This document shows positions 37,566 to 51,170 of a DNA stretch of 56,156 bases, piece after piece; position 1 is the stretch's first letter; every line of letters starts with the position of its first letter. A program made the translations under genes and the position numbers. The notes under the pieces were generated by a model. The model saw nothing but the letters and a program-made list of their open reading frames with translations. It did not search any database and was not told the origin of the DNA. The DNA comes from Bigelowiella natans CCMP2755 (taxonomy: Eukaryota; Protista; Cercozoa), in assembly GCA_000320545.1 (NCBI GenBank), contig ADNK01003048.1, positions 1-56,156 of the forward strand, written 5' to 3'.

Positions 37566-38871
37566 CCCACAAAATCGTTTACTTGTGATGAAGTGCTGCC
37601 TCTATGTTCAAATATATAATTTTCAAGTTTTTGCCTTGGTTATGGCATATGTCACTTCTGAACCATACCACTACCGCAGCTGGGCTCGAAAGCTGATGCT
37701 CCAGAGAATATGCTCGATTGCATAAGAGGGCATAAGCTCCTAACTCTTTTCCACAGGTGTCACACGATAACCATCTTGGGAGAAAATTGTGATGCTAGAG
37801 CCCTTTTACCTGCTAGCCAACGGCCTTTTCATTTCGCTTGTATGGTTATGTTCCGTATCTCTCAGAGGCCTCTACAGCGAACTCATCGACTCCTACCAGC
37901 TGTCGTTCATCGTACCAAAAGTATTTTCGGAAACATCGCATAAGAAATTCCCATAGATCGTTTACCCTGACAAGATCCTGTGACACTTTCAGGGCATTGT
38001 GGAACTATCGACCGATCTCTCCACGTCTCTCATTGAGGCAATCCCTCACTTAGAATAAGCTACACGAGAGCGTAGCGACTCAGTCGGCACCTTCTGCAAC
38101 CCAACGCCACAGCATACATATCTCCCACGTTACAAATGACGAACAAAGCATGTTTGTTGTTACTGTATTAGTTTGCAGGCGGCATTTCCTGGATTTTCTC
38201 AATGATAGCTGCGGGAAAGAAGTACCTTGACGATACGAAGAAGAAATCAGACTACACCAAGATTCGAGCCATTGCTAAAGATGCATTTTCAGCTTCGCAG
38301 GTCATCTCTAAGGCCGTCAATGGTGAGTATTACAAAGGACTGTCAATGAATATTTGTTTCGAGTGAAGAAGCAGCAGCACATTGTGCAATTAGCCCATCG
38401 TTTAAACCGCGAGGGATAGCTCCGTTCTCCGCAGTCGTCGTTGTAATGTTTCGACTTCTGGTGATGCATGATGTTGACCCAGATCGACCCTAACATCCAA
38501 CGTTCTATTATAGCCATCACGTTGCACTACACAGCGACGATCCAGGACTCCAATAAGGTCGTTTGTTTCATAATTGACATTAATAACCACAGAAGCTATG
38601 TCGTCATCATGCATCTTCTCATTCACACAGCTCAAGGAGGCTGTGGAGGCAAGCGGTTTCCTCGAGAGAATGGTGTGTGCTACCCGTTTCACGAGCTTGT
38701 GCGCATGTTAACTAGGATAAGAAGAGGCATGGGGAGGAGGGAAAGGGGGAGGGGGGGTAATAGGAGAGGGGCTTTGAAAGGTTGGAATAGCAAGAGAGGC
38801 ACATGCATAATTTATAACCCCCATTTCGCTCCCAGAATGAAAAATGGAATTCTTGGCTAAGGGGCAAAAGG

Positions 38872-38923
<52 letters not shown>

Positions 38924-40051
38924 TTCTATGTGCAACACACACTTACAAACACATGCATACACATATTCTACATATACAATGTAATATTTTAACTTTTCCG
39001 TAAAATGTGTATTTTTTCCGGTTCGTATGCTGTGTGGAAGGCACACCCACAAATACCTGTCAATCCGCAATATAGCCCCGCCCCCCCCCTCTCCCTGCCT
39101 AATTTTTGTCTGAGGTTTCAAGATAAATCCATGTCGCCTAATTTATTGACTTCTTTTGTCACATAGGAGTGTGGATGAAGAGGTGTCCAATTTCGCCCGT
39201 TGCACGGCAGCTAAGATCGTCCTCTGCATCCTGAAAGAGGTGAAGGCGTGTGTCTCCAATGAGTTTGCTGGTTCATATCTCTCACCAACTTGCCTTTCAT
39301 CACCGACCTATAGAGTGCTCTTGAGAAGATAAGCCGTGTGATGTTTATACATGTACCCACGCAAGATCTACATATGGATTTAGGGTATGGGAGTTCCTCC
39401 AGGTGACAAGGACGCTGCTACACGGAGGCTTTGCACGTGTGCCGGAGTCGAGTACCGGAACTATTCGCAGCAGATCGTGCTAGTAGCCGGTCGTCAATGA
39501 ACTTAATATTGTGCACTTCACATGACGAATAATGATATGTACATGTAAATTTAGTACATACGTGCACGTAAAATAGTTCCCGCGCCGCCCACAGATTTGC
39601 AGGCAGCAACATCACGTCTCAGCATAAGCATCAATCACAATTATGGTTGATGTAACGTTAGGAGTGAAGAAAACAGCTCAAAGTTCCCCCGCGAATGGGC
39701 CAACGACTGTCCTCTCTCCTGATAAAGTGATGACGGAAATGCTGAAAATGCAGCAGAAAATGGCGGAGATGGAGGCCGAAAGGGCGAGAGAGAAGGCCGA
39801 AAGAGCGAGAGAGCAGAAGGAATTCAGAGCCCTTCAAGAAAAGTTAAAATCATTGGTTCCAGGTACACACGCACAGCACAATTAGCCCCTGGTTTCCTGT
39901 CGATCTCACGCTTGGATCGTTACCCTCAGATGACGACATAGAACATCTAGGTGATCAGTCCGGAGGAGAACAGGTTTGAAGCAACTCTAGATCTGATAAT
40001 TATTAAATGTTTTACGAGTATTTGTGAAGGTATATTTGATCATCTCCCTCT

Positions 40052-40104
<53 letters not shown>

Positions 40105-40350
40105 TTTCTCACTGCATTCATACTGCTTGCGCGCATACGTTCGAATTAGATGCAGATCCAGGCCCAGATGGAGAAGAGAGTGCTATCACCTCGAAGGAAA
40201 GGCACAGGCCAAGTCATATACTTTCACCTTTTAACCTCTCTTCGGCTTCTTCTTTTTCTTCTTCATATGAGAGCCTTCACTACCCACATTCCAGCACACA
40301 CGCTCTCCCTCTTCATTATAATAAGTATCATATATGGCGCATTTTTAATA

Positions 40351-40393
<43 letters not shown>

Positions 40394-40810
40394 TTATCTC
40401 TCGCTGTATATATCTGTTGTGTCTATGTGTGCATCTTTCCAGCTCCTCTTTTCTCTCATATGAATTGTATGTACCGTTTATGTGAATACATGTTTGTGCG
40501 AATGTATATTAATGAGTATTCCTGCTTCCTGCTGATCAGGATACATTAACAACTGCTGAAAAAGAGATAAGGTACGCGATATCTGGGTTTCGGGTTACTC
40601 GGGGGGGGGGCTAGATGGAGGGGAAAGTGTTTGGTTCCTATGATCAAGCGAAGATGGAAATCACATACGGCTCTATATTTTCTCTCTGTGATCTCAATCA
40701 TATCCAAATTCTTTGCAATGCTTAGGCTCAAGATATTGGAAGAGCAAGTTGGACATCTTCAGAAAGATGTGGATAGAGTTGTGATGAAAACTTTCAAGAA
40801 GAAAAAATGA
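34256..40810 (+). CDS. Predicted N-myristoylated ankyrin-repeat protein with coiled coils and an unknown helical domain
   Basis: Exon 1 34256-34442; ankyrin exons 35004-35101, 35444-35542, 35705-35803, 35967-36065; capping repeat and coiled coil from 36673; further exons GLYSELIDSYQLSFIVPK-GIVELSTD, GGISWIFSMIAAGKKYLDD, FARCTAAKIVLCILKE; last exon LKILEEQVGHLQKDVD...KKKK*. Confidence 0.8.
34955..36095 (+). repeat. Tandem exon+intron cassettes (~261-bp period), one ankyrin repeat each
   Basis: Four near-identical cassettes including intron sequence. All introns are phase 1. Confidence 0.95.
36409..36437 (+). repeat. Interstitial telomeric (TTAGGG)n tract
   Basis: gggttgggttagggttagggttagggtta inside an intron. 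Confidence 0.8.
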
Positions 40811-42130
40811 GCAGCGGCATCTTGTGCTAGAGGAATGCTAGAATGCCCAAGTGACTAGCTGCTGCTGCCCAAGTGAACAACGTCACAGCTGCTCCTGCAT
40901 GCGGCATACAACATTTCAAATTCATTGTCGTTTGTCATCATTGAAGGCTTCGCCATCGCACACGCTAAGAACATGAATGTGCACATGGAGCTGACAACAC
41001 AATGTTGTGCAAGGCCATTTGATCACTAAGCGCAGTGCGTCTCAGTTGAGTGAGCTTCATCACTAGATCATGTCAGCGTTCGTTCGTGTGTCGACGATGA
41101 ATTCAAGTGACGGATAATCATGGACATGATGTGTTTAGATGTGTCACATGCATCATGCCACATGTGCTAGTGTGTGTCATCAAAATTCTATGATGATTCC
41201 ACATCACACGCTAGCACGGGCGACGAGCGTGTTCGTTTTAGGCTTTCCCTAATTCCTGATGAAGGCTACTGTTTTCCACACCCTGTAGCCTGCACTAGCT
41301 AGCTAGTGCAGCCTGATTCAAACAGGGTCTGATCATGCCATCGCATCATCGTGCAGAGACACCTCTAGACCTTGGCTATCTTGCTAGCTTGCTCGTTCAT
41401 CATCACGGCACATCTACTGCAATGTCCAATGCTAGAATGTCCGGCAAGTCGTCGGGAGCGCTAAGAGAGCTAGAGAGGCAAAATAAAAGATGCTTGAAGC
41501 TGCCGGGAAAATGGCAAGCGGGGTCCATGAGTCATGTGAAGCACTCTAGCACCTTGCGATCTTGTCGACATTATCGACCATCGTTGGTTTTCGCAGACGT
41601 CCGTGTCTCGTGTCATCATTGCCACATGCAAGTTTGCATGCATTTATGTACGACCATTGCAAGCAGCCGCGCTGCGATCGAGCAATCAACTTTGCAACAG
41701 ATCTAGATCGACATGCAAGCGATGCACACTACAACACACACTAGCACAGACCGTCATTGGATTTTGCACAACGAATTTCGTGTCATGTCTAGATGTGTCA
41801 TAGTGCATGCACATAGCTTGCAGCATCCGATGATCCTGAGATTTGCCATTATTTGATGCAGGCACATGTGATGTGCAATGCCTAAATGCACATTCATCGT
41901 GCCTTCTCACGTGCGTAAACAATAATGGGACATCAGCTGTTTGCGTGCAGCCATGCGTGGTTTTATTTTCCTCCATCTCTAGATCTGCCGCGATGAAATC
42001 TGCACAATAATCCAGCATTGACGAATTGACGATGCCGTTCAATGCAATAAGCACATGGGTGGGCTCAACTAGAAGGATTTTGACTTTGCCCATGCCGCAA
42101 AATTGACGAAGACTGCGCTTCCCTGTGCAT
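40811..42130. mobile_element. TpA-depleted repeat block
   Basis: Starts directly after the ankyrin-gene stop codon. Many of the remaining TA are in CTAG, CTA or TAG. Confidence 0.6.
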
Positions 42131-42147
42131 AATTGAACTCTTTGACT

Positions 42148-42961
42148 TCAAAAATGGAGGTGGTTTTCGTCTTGGACTGCGGTGAGTAAGAGACAACGAA
42201 GATGAATTATCTGATGAGACCAAAGAATGCTTCGTCTTTGAATCGGACAGGTCATTGGATGAGCGCAGAGATAATGATCTGAATTTGCATCAACTCGGAT
42301 CATTTTGTGAAAACTGCACACGATTGTCTGCTTCTTCTTCATAAGGGTTGTAAATCTACCTTGCCGAATCAGATGATGAGCCTGGTGGAAGCTCCCTCTG
42401 TGTACACAAATAACATCTCTTCAAATCACTTGTAGAAGAATTTTGCAATGGACCTTATCATGACTGCAATGTGAGGCGACGAAACAGCACCAGAAACAGA
42501 TATTTCTTACTTACCAACATCGAATCTTGTTGCGACGGTGTTTCTGCTACTGCTGCTGGTGCTGGTGATGATGGTAAAGGCAATGAATGTGATAGCGGCA
42601 ATGACCATCTCTGCTGCTGCTGCTGCCTTCTATCGCCTTTTCGGTCCTCTGGTGAGGCTGGTGGCGGAAGGATGGAGGGAGGAGGAGCTGAATGAATTGG
42701 GCTGCTGCGACGTCTTGTTGTACTTAATGAGTTAGAAGAAGAAGAAGAAGTAGAAGGAGGAGGCGGAGGACATGAATCACCGAGAGGCATAGAGGAGGTT
42801 GTTGATTTCTTGTCCTCCGTGATTATCGTCGACGTCGTCATTGAATTTGATGAAAAGTGTGAGGAATTAGGGGCCTCCTTTGATATCGCTGATCCTTCTG
42901 CTACTAACTATATAACACGGTATATGCAGAACATTTCATATTAGTTTCCGGATAAAGATTG

Positions 42962-42994
<33 letters not shown>

Positions 42995-45054
42995 CGGGGC
43001 TCATGACGATGATGATATATTTATACCTGCTGCCCCCTTTCTTTCACTGTTGACTTTGTCTTTCCACAAGGAAAAAGGGCAGTTGGATGTAAAACAGAGA
43101 AGTCCTCTATAGTAGGAGTAGCAATTCTGACAGAAGCTGTTGTTAAGCTTTGAACATGCTGGGTATCTACTTCATACTGCCTCTTGTAGAACGCTTTCAC
43201 AAGTGGAGCTGTTGTTGAAGGTGGCAAGACGGAAGCAGGACCAACATTAACAGTGACAAATCCGTCAATATAAAATCTATGAAACCTTCCATCAAAAATT
43301 CAACTGAAGTCATTGTGGGGTAGGGCTATTACACCTACCGTGTTTTTGGTCTATTCTCCGGAGTGTTCCAATTAAAGCGGAAGCAACATCACGATGGAAA
43401 CGATTTAAACTTTCGAACACCTGATAGATCATAGATTAGGAGCAGTACATACACAATCGAAGGAATAAAGGGAGGCGAAGGAGGAGAAACAACAGTAGGA
43501 ATAATAAGAAATAATAGTAATAATAATAACGAAAATCATGATGCAGGCAAAAATTCATCTAACACGACGGAAAAGTAGTAACATCTAGCTCCACTAGTCC
43601 CATGAATACTTCACCGAAATTGTCAATCGCAACACACAACATACTTTAAATGCGAGTTCATTCTTCCCTGCAAGCATTAATTGCCACTTTCGCTTTGAAA
43701 GCTGATTTAAAGTCTCAAAATCACGGCATTTATTGGCCAGCGTAATCTCTATTTCCCTCTGCCTGTGTGTACAACATACTTATTTTTACAAGACTCTGTT
43801 CCGAGCTGCCATTGTAATCATTCAGCTACTACTGCTACTCGTGGTACTATCAATGCTAACTTCCCCCACCACAGTTTTCTAGACATAAGCTTCTATGAAT
43901 ATATTATTATAATTATGCCTAATGTTGGCGCTGCTGTGTCAATCGTATTTGTGGGTTTGTACTATTTTGCATTAAACACAAAATTCACTTTTAGTACCGC
44001 AAAATATCTTCAGGGCTCAAATTGCCTTTAACTCTTTTTTGTTCATTGAGTTGCTTTATTTTACGCACCTTTGCACGACATCTGTCGAATCTGTGTGCGG
44101 AGACAACATTAGTACAGTCTTTATGTATAAGGAGGATTATAATTGAATTCAATCGCCACGACACTCATTACACTCACAACACGAATACTATTTACTCATC
44201 TCGGGCTTGGTTTCTCTTTTTGGCTAGCTTTCGGCAATCTTTTAGCTGTTTTTCGGCCTCCTTAATAGCCATTCCTGCATTTTTCTCAAACGATTGCTTC
44301 GGCATAAGTAGACGAGATGATAGCTGACCATAATAATATTTTGATAATCAAAACATATGGGTCAAAAACAACGGATAAACTTCTGAAAACTCAGCCAGCA
44401 CCTTAACATAGCTGAGCCGTGTTTCATAAAGAATGTCTTTGGTCCAGGGAAGACGGAAAGATGATGCCATCATGAGGAGCGCTTCCCTTTTCTGTCGCTC
44501 TTCCTCATCTTCTCCGTTCTTAATCCTATTTTCGCTGGTGCTGCTGCTTCTACTGCTGCCTTGAGGAGGGTCTGTTAAGCTGCCACGTGCACCCTTCATC
44601 ACATTCTTCGTATCTTGTTCAAAATTTGAAAGTTTCTCTAACGTTTGTAACAGTTCGTCCGTTGCACTCACGAAGTTCTGGATGCAGGACAGCAATGGAT
44701 TGCACCGTTGCGACAGACGTCGTACACAATCATCGAATCTATAACAAAGAAGATAATGAACAAGCACATCTGTAGAGCGCGAGATTTTTCGAAAAATAGA
44801 CTACCCTTTAACACGATCAACGCAGGCGTCGTATTCTTCATCTACTGTCTTTGGCACTCTTCCCAAAACTGAACGCACTTTCTGAAGCTATAGATGCCAT
44901 AATTATGAAGGCAGTGGCAGCAGGGTAGAGGAAAAGGACGTGGGGAAAGATAGATAGAGCGATCGAGAGAGAGAGAGAACAGAGAGAGAGAGATGTAATG
45001 TGTTGATGTGTCAAAATCGAAGACCTTATTCTTGATGCCAGAGAGGAAACTCAT
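42148..45054 (-). CDS. BAR-domain-like protein with a Pro/Ser-rich tail
   Basis: MSFLSGIKNK..., DEEYDACVDRVK, KLAKKRNQARDEFDRCRAKVRK and LANKCRDFETLNQ match the amphiphysin-type BAR helix pattern. The 3' end is approximate. Confidence 0.55.
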
Positions 45055-45523
45055 GTCTACAGGACTTTTTCTCTCTCCCCCTAGCTCCTTGTCTTCTTTC
45101 CTCTACTTCGTAATACTACTCACGAGACCCTAACTACACTAGATCTACTGCAAGCACGGCTGGTCTCTCGTCTCCATTACAGGATCTATGCATAACGCAG
45201 GAGAAGTTTATCAAAATTCGCTTAAAACTAGTTGTCGTTTGGACAAAAATGTCGAAATTATCCGGAAAACTTAAAAAAAACTCAACAGACGTCAGTATCT
45301 AGATCTAATCTACTAGAAGCTCGAAGATGATGGTGTCGCAGTGAATAAATGTCCTGTATTTGTTGGAATAATCATCGGCAAAGGAAAGAAAGACACATTT
45401 GTTTGAACAAGTCCTCATCCTGCACAAGTATGGTACTTGAGCTACAAGCAAGGAGGAGAGCCCAGATCTCCTCTCCTTTCGAATGAATAAATACATGGAC
45501 ACGGTGGATCAGCTAAAATCAAG

Positions 45524-47445
45524 ATGAACCCACTTTTAAGCGTATTGCTCCCGATTTTCGTGATATGCCTCCCCTCCCGTTCAACAACACCGAGAGTCAA
45601 GGGAACAGGCTTTACCAATTTAGAACGTACTTCGAGAGGAGTTTCCAAAAGCTTGAGGTCCCTTGGTTTGAGACAACATGCGGTGATACGAAAGGTTAAT
45701 TCCAGTACTTATATTAACTGATAAGCTGCAATTATTATTGTATTCCAGCAAATAAAATCTAATCATCTCATTTTAGGCAAAGAACCGCTTGGTGATGCGA
45801 TGCGAAAAGACAGACGGAGAACTAGAAAACGTCAAGATCCAGAGAGAAGAGTGTTATGGATGCGGAGCTCAGATTCAGACTCAAGACTCCAGAGCTGCAG
45901 GATATGTCATCCTTGAAAGGTATAAACTCAAAAAAATGCACAAACAAAAGAATCAGATGCTGTGCGCGAGATGCCAGGAACTGGTTCAGGGAAAACCTGT
46001 ACCAGGAGTACGTGATCTATGGGCAAGAAAATTGGACCAAGAACAGCAACCTCTCTCATCTAACCATGTAAACACGAGACAAGAAGGTGCTCGGGGAGAC
46101 GAAGTCCTTTACGTGACAAACATTGAAGGGACCTCGCAACGATTGCTCGTTTCACCTGAACAATTGAGGCAGAAGTTGGCAACTCTGAAATCGAAACGAT
46201 CTTCGATAATGGTTCTCGTAGTGGATATGCTAGATTCTTCGGGTAGTTTTCTTGGACGTTTACGAAATCTTGTCGGGAAGAACCCAGTGGTATTAATAGG
46301 TACTAAACTGGACCTGCTACCCCTAGCGGGCGGAATAAACGCTCCTAAAACCAATAAGGGCAGCGTTGAATCTTTACATATGAGAGAGAACACACAAGAG
46401 CAGCATTTAATAGACTGGCTTAACAGCACGGCTATACATAAAGGAATTAGGCCTATTGCAGTGCAAGTTGTAAGCTCAAAATCTGGATTTGGTGTGAGGG
46501 AGGCAGCTCGAAAAATACTCTCTGAGAGGAAAAAAAGAGATGTTTATATTATAGGTGCTGCGAATGTAGGCAAATCTGCCTTTGTCAAGAGTTTAGTCAA
46601 AGAAATGTCGGATTTTAGTTCTAGGGCTTTCGATCCCGCTGCTCTAAACCAAGGGAGATTTCTTCCTGTGGAAAGCTCAGTTCCAGGAACTACCCTTGGT
46701 ATCATTGCTCTTAAGGCTTTTGAATCAGGTGGTACGCTGTACGATACTCCCGGAGTTCATTTACATCACAGATTACAGCATATGCTGACACCTAAAGAAG
46801 TGAGCGAATTGCATCCCAGACGAAAGCTTTCCGTCTACGTGGCAGAATCTCCGGGTACAGGAGGCGTAACGTATAATTGGGGTTCATTAGCGAAATTGGA
46901 TGTCTTAGAATGCCCAGAAGGGACCGAGATTGTTTTCTTTGGCCCTAAATGCCTAAAAGTATCATATTCAGAGATAATTGACAAGTCAGAATCAAAGGTG
47001 ATGAAATCGAACAATGTAGATGATATTTTCGGTCATTCATCTGTCCAAAACCGGGGTGGAATAAGACCGATGAGGGAGTACCAGCAATTTATTCACTTCG
47101 AAGACTTTGAAAGCAATACACAAGATCTAGATGCTCGTCATTATGCTGAAGGTGTATATGACAGAGAGGAGACCACATTGAACGCCGTAGTTGAGGTAGC
47201 CGTTTCCGGAATTCTGGGTTGGATAGGTGTATATGCGCCTAAAAATGCACAAGCTCGATTACGAATTCAGGTGTTATCATGTTTTTATAGAAGTGCTTCA
47301 TTTGTCATAATGTGTTACGAAGTTCTCACAAGTGAAACCCATTTTTTAGGCTCATGCCCCGGTCGGAGCAGAGGTTTTTTATCGACCCCCGATGATTTCG
47401 GAATTTCCTCGTAGAAAGGGGAAAAAAAGTAAAGAAAACACTTAA
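45524..47445 (+). CDS. Circularly permuted GTPase of YqeH/NOA1(RIF1)/BPG2 type, probably plastid-targeted
   Basis: Zn finger CYGC...CARC, G4 TKLD, G5 SSK, G1 GAANVGKS, G2 PGTT, G3 DTPG. Introns at ~45695-45776 and ~47271-47349. Hydrophobic leader followed by an R/S/K-rich segment. Confidence 0.9.
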
Positions 47446-47559
47446 GACGGGAATTCCCCAATGCCTTACTTCAACCTCGGCAATCTTTGGTGTGGACTGC
47501 TTTGATCCTACTCGATAGATCCTTCTTTTGTAGTGCATCATGATATTGTATGACAGTTT

Positions 47560-48570
47560 CGCAAATTTTGATCCACAGGCAGAGATTGGCGATGTGATTG
47601 TTGAATATTCTTTGAAGACATACAAATGATCGAATGCACACTGCACACATGCAATACCTATTGACACCACGTCTATTACACAAGATAGAGCCACGTTCTT
47701 CTATGCTTCACGCACTATGCATGGAACTAGGGCAGCATGCTGGAGGAATGTGTCTACATTTGTTACATCTCACCTCATCGCCGATCGCACATCCACGCGG
47801 CTTGGCGCACATGCAAATGCTTGACACACTCACAGCGACATGCATGGTCGACTGTTCTAGTCTTGGAAAAATGCAATTCTTTCATTGAATCGGTCTCACA
47901 TCTAGTCTAGCTAGTAGTAGTCACACTCAGATGCGCCTAGACACACAGTCGGTCGCATGTGCTAGCTCAGAGCTAGCTAGCTAGAGAGCTGCTAGCCAGT
48001 GTGTGCTGCACGTGAGAACATGAACCTGCAAATTCGCAACGCTGCGCTGCATGATTGCGCATTCTGTGTTGGGCCCATGCAAGCTCTCTGTGCAACGCGT
48101 CACGCACTTGCTAGCTTGCTAGCTTGACTTGCATGCAAGTCTGCAGAGCAGCAAGTTGAGATCAAAGAATCGATTCAAGCAGGTTGCCAATGAAGTGATG
48201 TTGGTTTTTGTCCAGTCTGTTGCAAATCCGACAATGGGTCCGTTGAAATGAGCACAATCAGCAAGATCATGGACATGGAACACCTTTGTCCATCATCAAG
48301 AAAAACTGTTTGGAACTTGATCCCTCATTTCACAGTCACCGCTAGACCGGTGGCCGGGACGACACGTCCATCCATCCCATCCGTGAAAACAGTTGTGGTT
48401 CAGGGACAGGGGGAAAACCCACCCGAAATCGTGACCGAAACCCCCTCCCGCCCATTCCCGCACCGGCCTAGCGGCGCACCACAAGGGTGCAACTCGAGAG
48501 GGCAACTCAATGTTCGTCGAAACGAGCAGAGGCGGAAGAAGGTCGAAAAAGCATGCCATTTCCTTTGATT
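47560..48570. mobile_element. TpA-depleted repeat block ending in a dispersed upstream element
   Basis: From ~47770 nearly all TA are in CTAG or TAG. Segment 48393-48465 matches 33713-33760 and 33938-33985. Confidence 0.65.
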
Positions 48571-48654
48571 TTGTCCGAATAATCGTTGTCGCTGCTGGTC
48601 AACGGAACTGATCGCGATTCCTCGAGATTTGCCTACTCTCCTTCCGCCCCTGCA

Positions 48655-49833
48655 ATGGGCAGCTCTTACGGAACGCCGATGCAAACGTGGCCTCCCACGT
48701 TCCGCATCATCAACCCCGCATCCGGCAAGGTAGTAACCCATAACGGGGCGGCAGGTCGGCATTTGGGATGAGGTGAAGGTGAGACATGCGTGCTGGTAGG
48801 TTTTGGCACTCAGTACAGCGAGCGATCAGCCCCACGATGTTCATTTGGCTGATAGTGATCCAGGAGACTACTTACAGGTATCCATTCAATGCGGTGCTGC
48901 GATAGCGTCCCGTTTGCACTTGATTCCCTTCTGATTTAGCCCCATATTCTCGCTGATATAATGAAAACGCGTGCTAATCTTACTTTTTGCATCCTGAAAC
49001 CCACAGTTTTGGACGCGCAAGAAAGGCAATATCATCCACTTCAGCACTAGCCTTCTCTTGACATACTGTAACGACGCTAATATAAGAGTGGAATCTTATC
49101 AGCATAACAATCCAAAACAGGTGCTGGTAGATGATGACCAGAGGGGGGGGGGGGACTAGCGTGAGATAAGGAATAGACGACGGATAAGATTTTTGAAGAG
49201 GGCTCAGGAGGGATTACAAGATGGGAGAAGGGGCAAGTGACCAAAAGTATATTGTATTCTGAAAGATTCGATGTGGCCATCCCCCCCTCTTTGAAACAGG
49301 GATGGACATACTACCCTGAATGCGGGTTCGTGCAATAAAGGATATATCCATCCCAAAACAAGCGTCCAGCCCTACACACCACAGTCACCATGACGATCTT
49401 CATCACACACACCACCGTCAGCATCCTTACCATTATTAATACCATCATTATTGTCATCGCATGTCTCAATAATTCTGTCGTTCTATCATTAATACCGTCG
49501 CTTCTTATGCTTACTATCCACGAAGAATCCTCGCATGCGGTGGAAGGACCATTGGAGCTGTATTACAAAAGGCTCAGAACGAGATATGTATGAAGAATGA
49601 AGACCTTGGCTCTCGTGCGAGGGACATTTACCACCTTGAAAATATACGGAGGTATATGTGCAGTTGCGCTAGTACAAACAATTTGAAAGGGCATTTATCG
49701 TATATAGCTTATTTTGTGTTGCTGCTGTTTCATCCTTGATAGGATTGACCGAACGAACGGTAGTCAGCAGTGGCAAATAGTGCCCGCAGACCCAAATGAA
49801 GCAAAGCGGGAAGAGCCAAAAAAACCGAGCTGA
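48655..49833 (+). CDS. Ricin-B (beta-trefoil) lectin-like protein with an MG start
   Basis: MGSSYG...TFRIINPASGK, LQ-FW and NGSQQWQIVP (QxW motifs) lie on spliced exons. Internal exon phases are not fully resolved. Confidence 0.6.
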
Positions 49834-49912
49834 TCTTCATATTTGGTCTGCTCCATGCAAAACAATGCACACGCGAGGGCGTATGCCTGCCTGTGCCGCG
49901 TCTTCCAAATAA

Positions 49913-49955
<43 letters not shown>

Positions 49956-50099
49956 AAGAAGCATGTGCTCGTCGATTGTAATATAGTGCCAAGGCCATCG
50001 GACATATTTGTATCATAGTGAAGTGCGTCATAGCTGCTTCGGTATTTATATTGTTAAATATGTTGAATTGTGCATGCTGTTCTCATATTAGTTACTCGC

Positions 50100-51170
50100 G
50101 CTACGCTATGCTTTTTCTTTGTATCGTTGGAAGAGTTTTCATCATGCATTCTAGCATTCTAGCATGTATGCACGCAAAGTACTAGGCTCAAAGGCTAGTA
50201 AGTGTGTGAATGCACGCAAAGTACTAGGCTCAAAGGCTAGTAAGTGTGTGGCGGGCAGCTAGGTCGGCGCATCGATTGATTTTTCCAATTATTGCGCAGA
50301 GGTTGGACGTTGTGGCGTTGCATTGTGTGCGTTTGTTTTCGCTACTCTTCAGCTGCCCGCATGCATGTCCAGCTAGCTATACATGGTTAGCATGCTATTG
50401 CATGTGTTTGTGAGTCATTCATTCATGGAATTCAAAAGCCCAGCTAGCCAGTTAGCTAGAAGTGCGTTTGTTCTAGCGCCCTTTAGGCTACATAGCGTAC
50501 ACACGTGCGAACATATGTAGTTCCATACGCATGTTTTTCGCTACATATGGTATATTAACCACATATGTCTTAGAATGAGAACATGTGTGCCTTAAACCCC
50601 GTACGCTCTATAGCCCTTTAGGCTAATTATATATTGCTTCGGTGTCAATCGCAACGTCCCTGGTGGCACATGCAGCTAGCTAGGCACATAAAGCAAATAT
50701 AAAAAATATGGGTTTGGCCGGATGGTTTATTCACACAACGCTATCAAGCTGTGAAAACGACATCTAGACTTGCGTGATGCGACATGCTAGCATGCTGCAT
50801 TGACAAGCAACGACATGCTAGCATGCACATCACATAAACACTGCTGCACTGGTCATCATTCAAAACACCATGCTGCATGTGTCTAACGTCTAAGCTAGGT
50901 GTGTATATGTGTGCATAGCAGCCAAGTCGTATGCTCTTTTTAGCAGTTCTAGAGTCGATTGCAGTTTACTAGCATGCATGGGCATGGCAGCAATCTAGCA
51001 ATTGTGATCACACCTAAACACTAGCATTGGTACATGAGCTATTTTGTCTGCGACATGCATGAATGCTATCTTGCCCACATCTAGACATGCAGAGCACATG
51101 CTCTCAAAATATTCGTCAAGAATTTTTTGCCATTGCGCACCAACCATGCAAGCACAAAATATGATCTATA
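50100..51170. mobile_element. Partly TpA-depleted repeat block
   Basis: CTAG- and CATG-rich, with a 42-bp tandem duplication at ~50168-50250. Confidence 0.5.

Noticed and set aside
40201-44030. Additional GC donors at ~40202 and ~44025
   Set aside because: Nearby downstream GT donors are available, so GC is not required.
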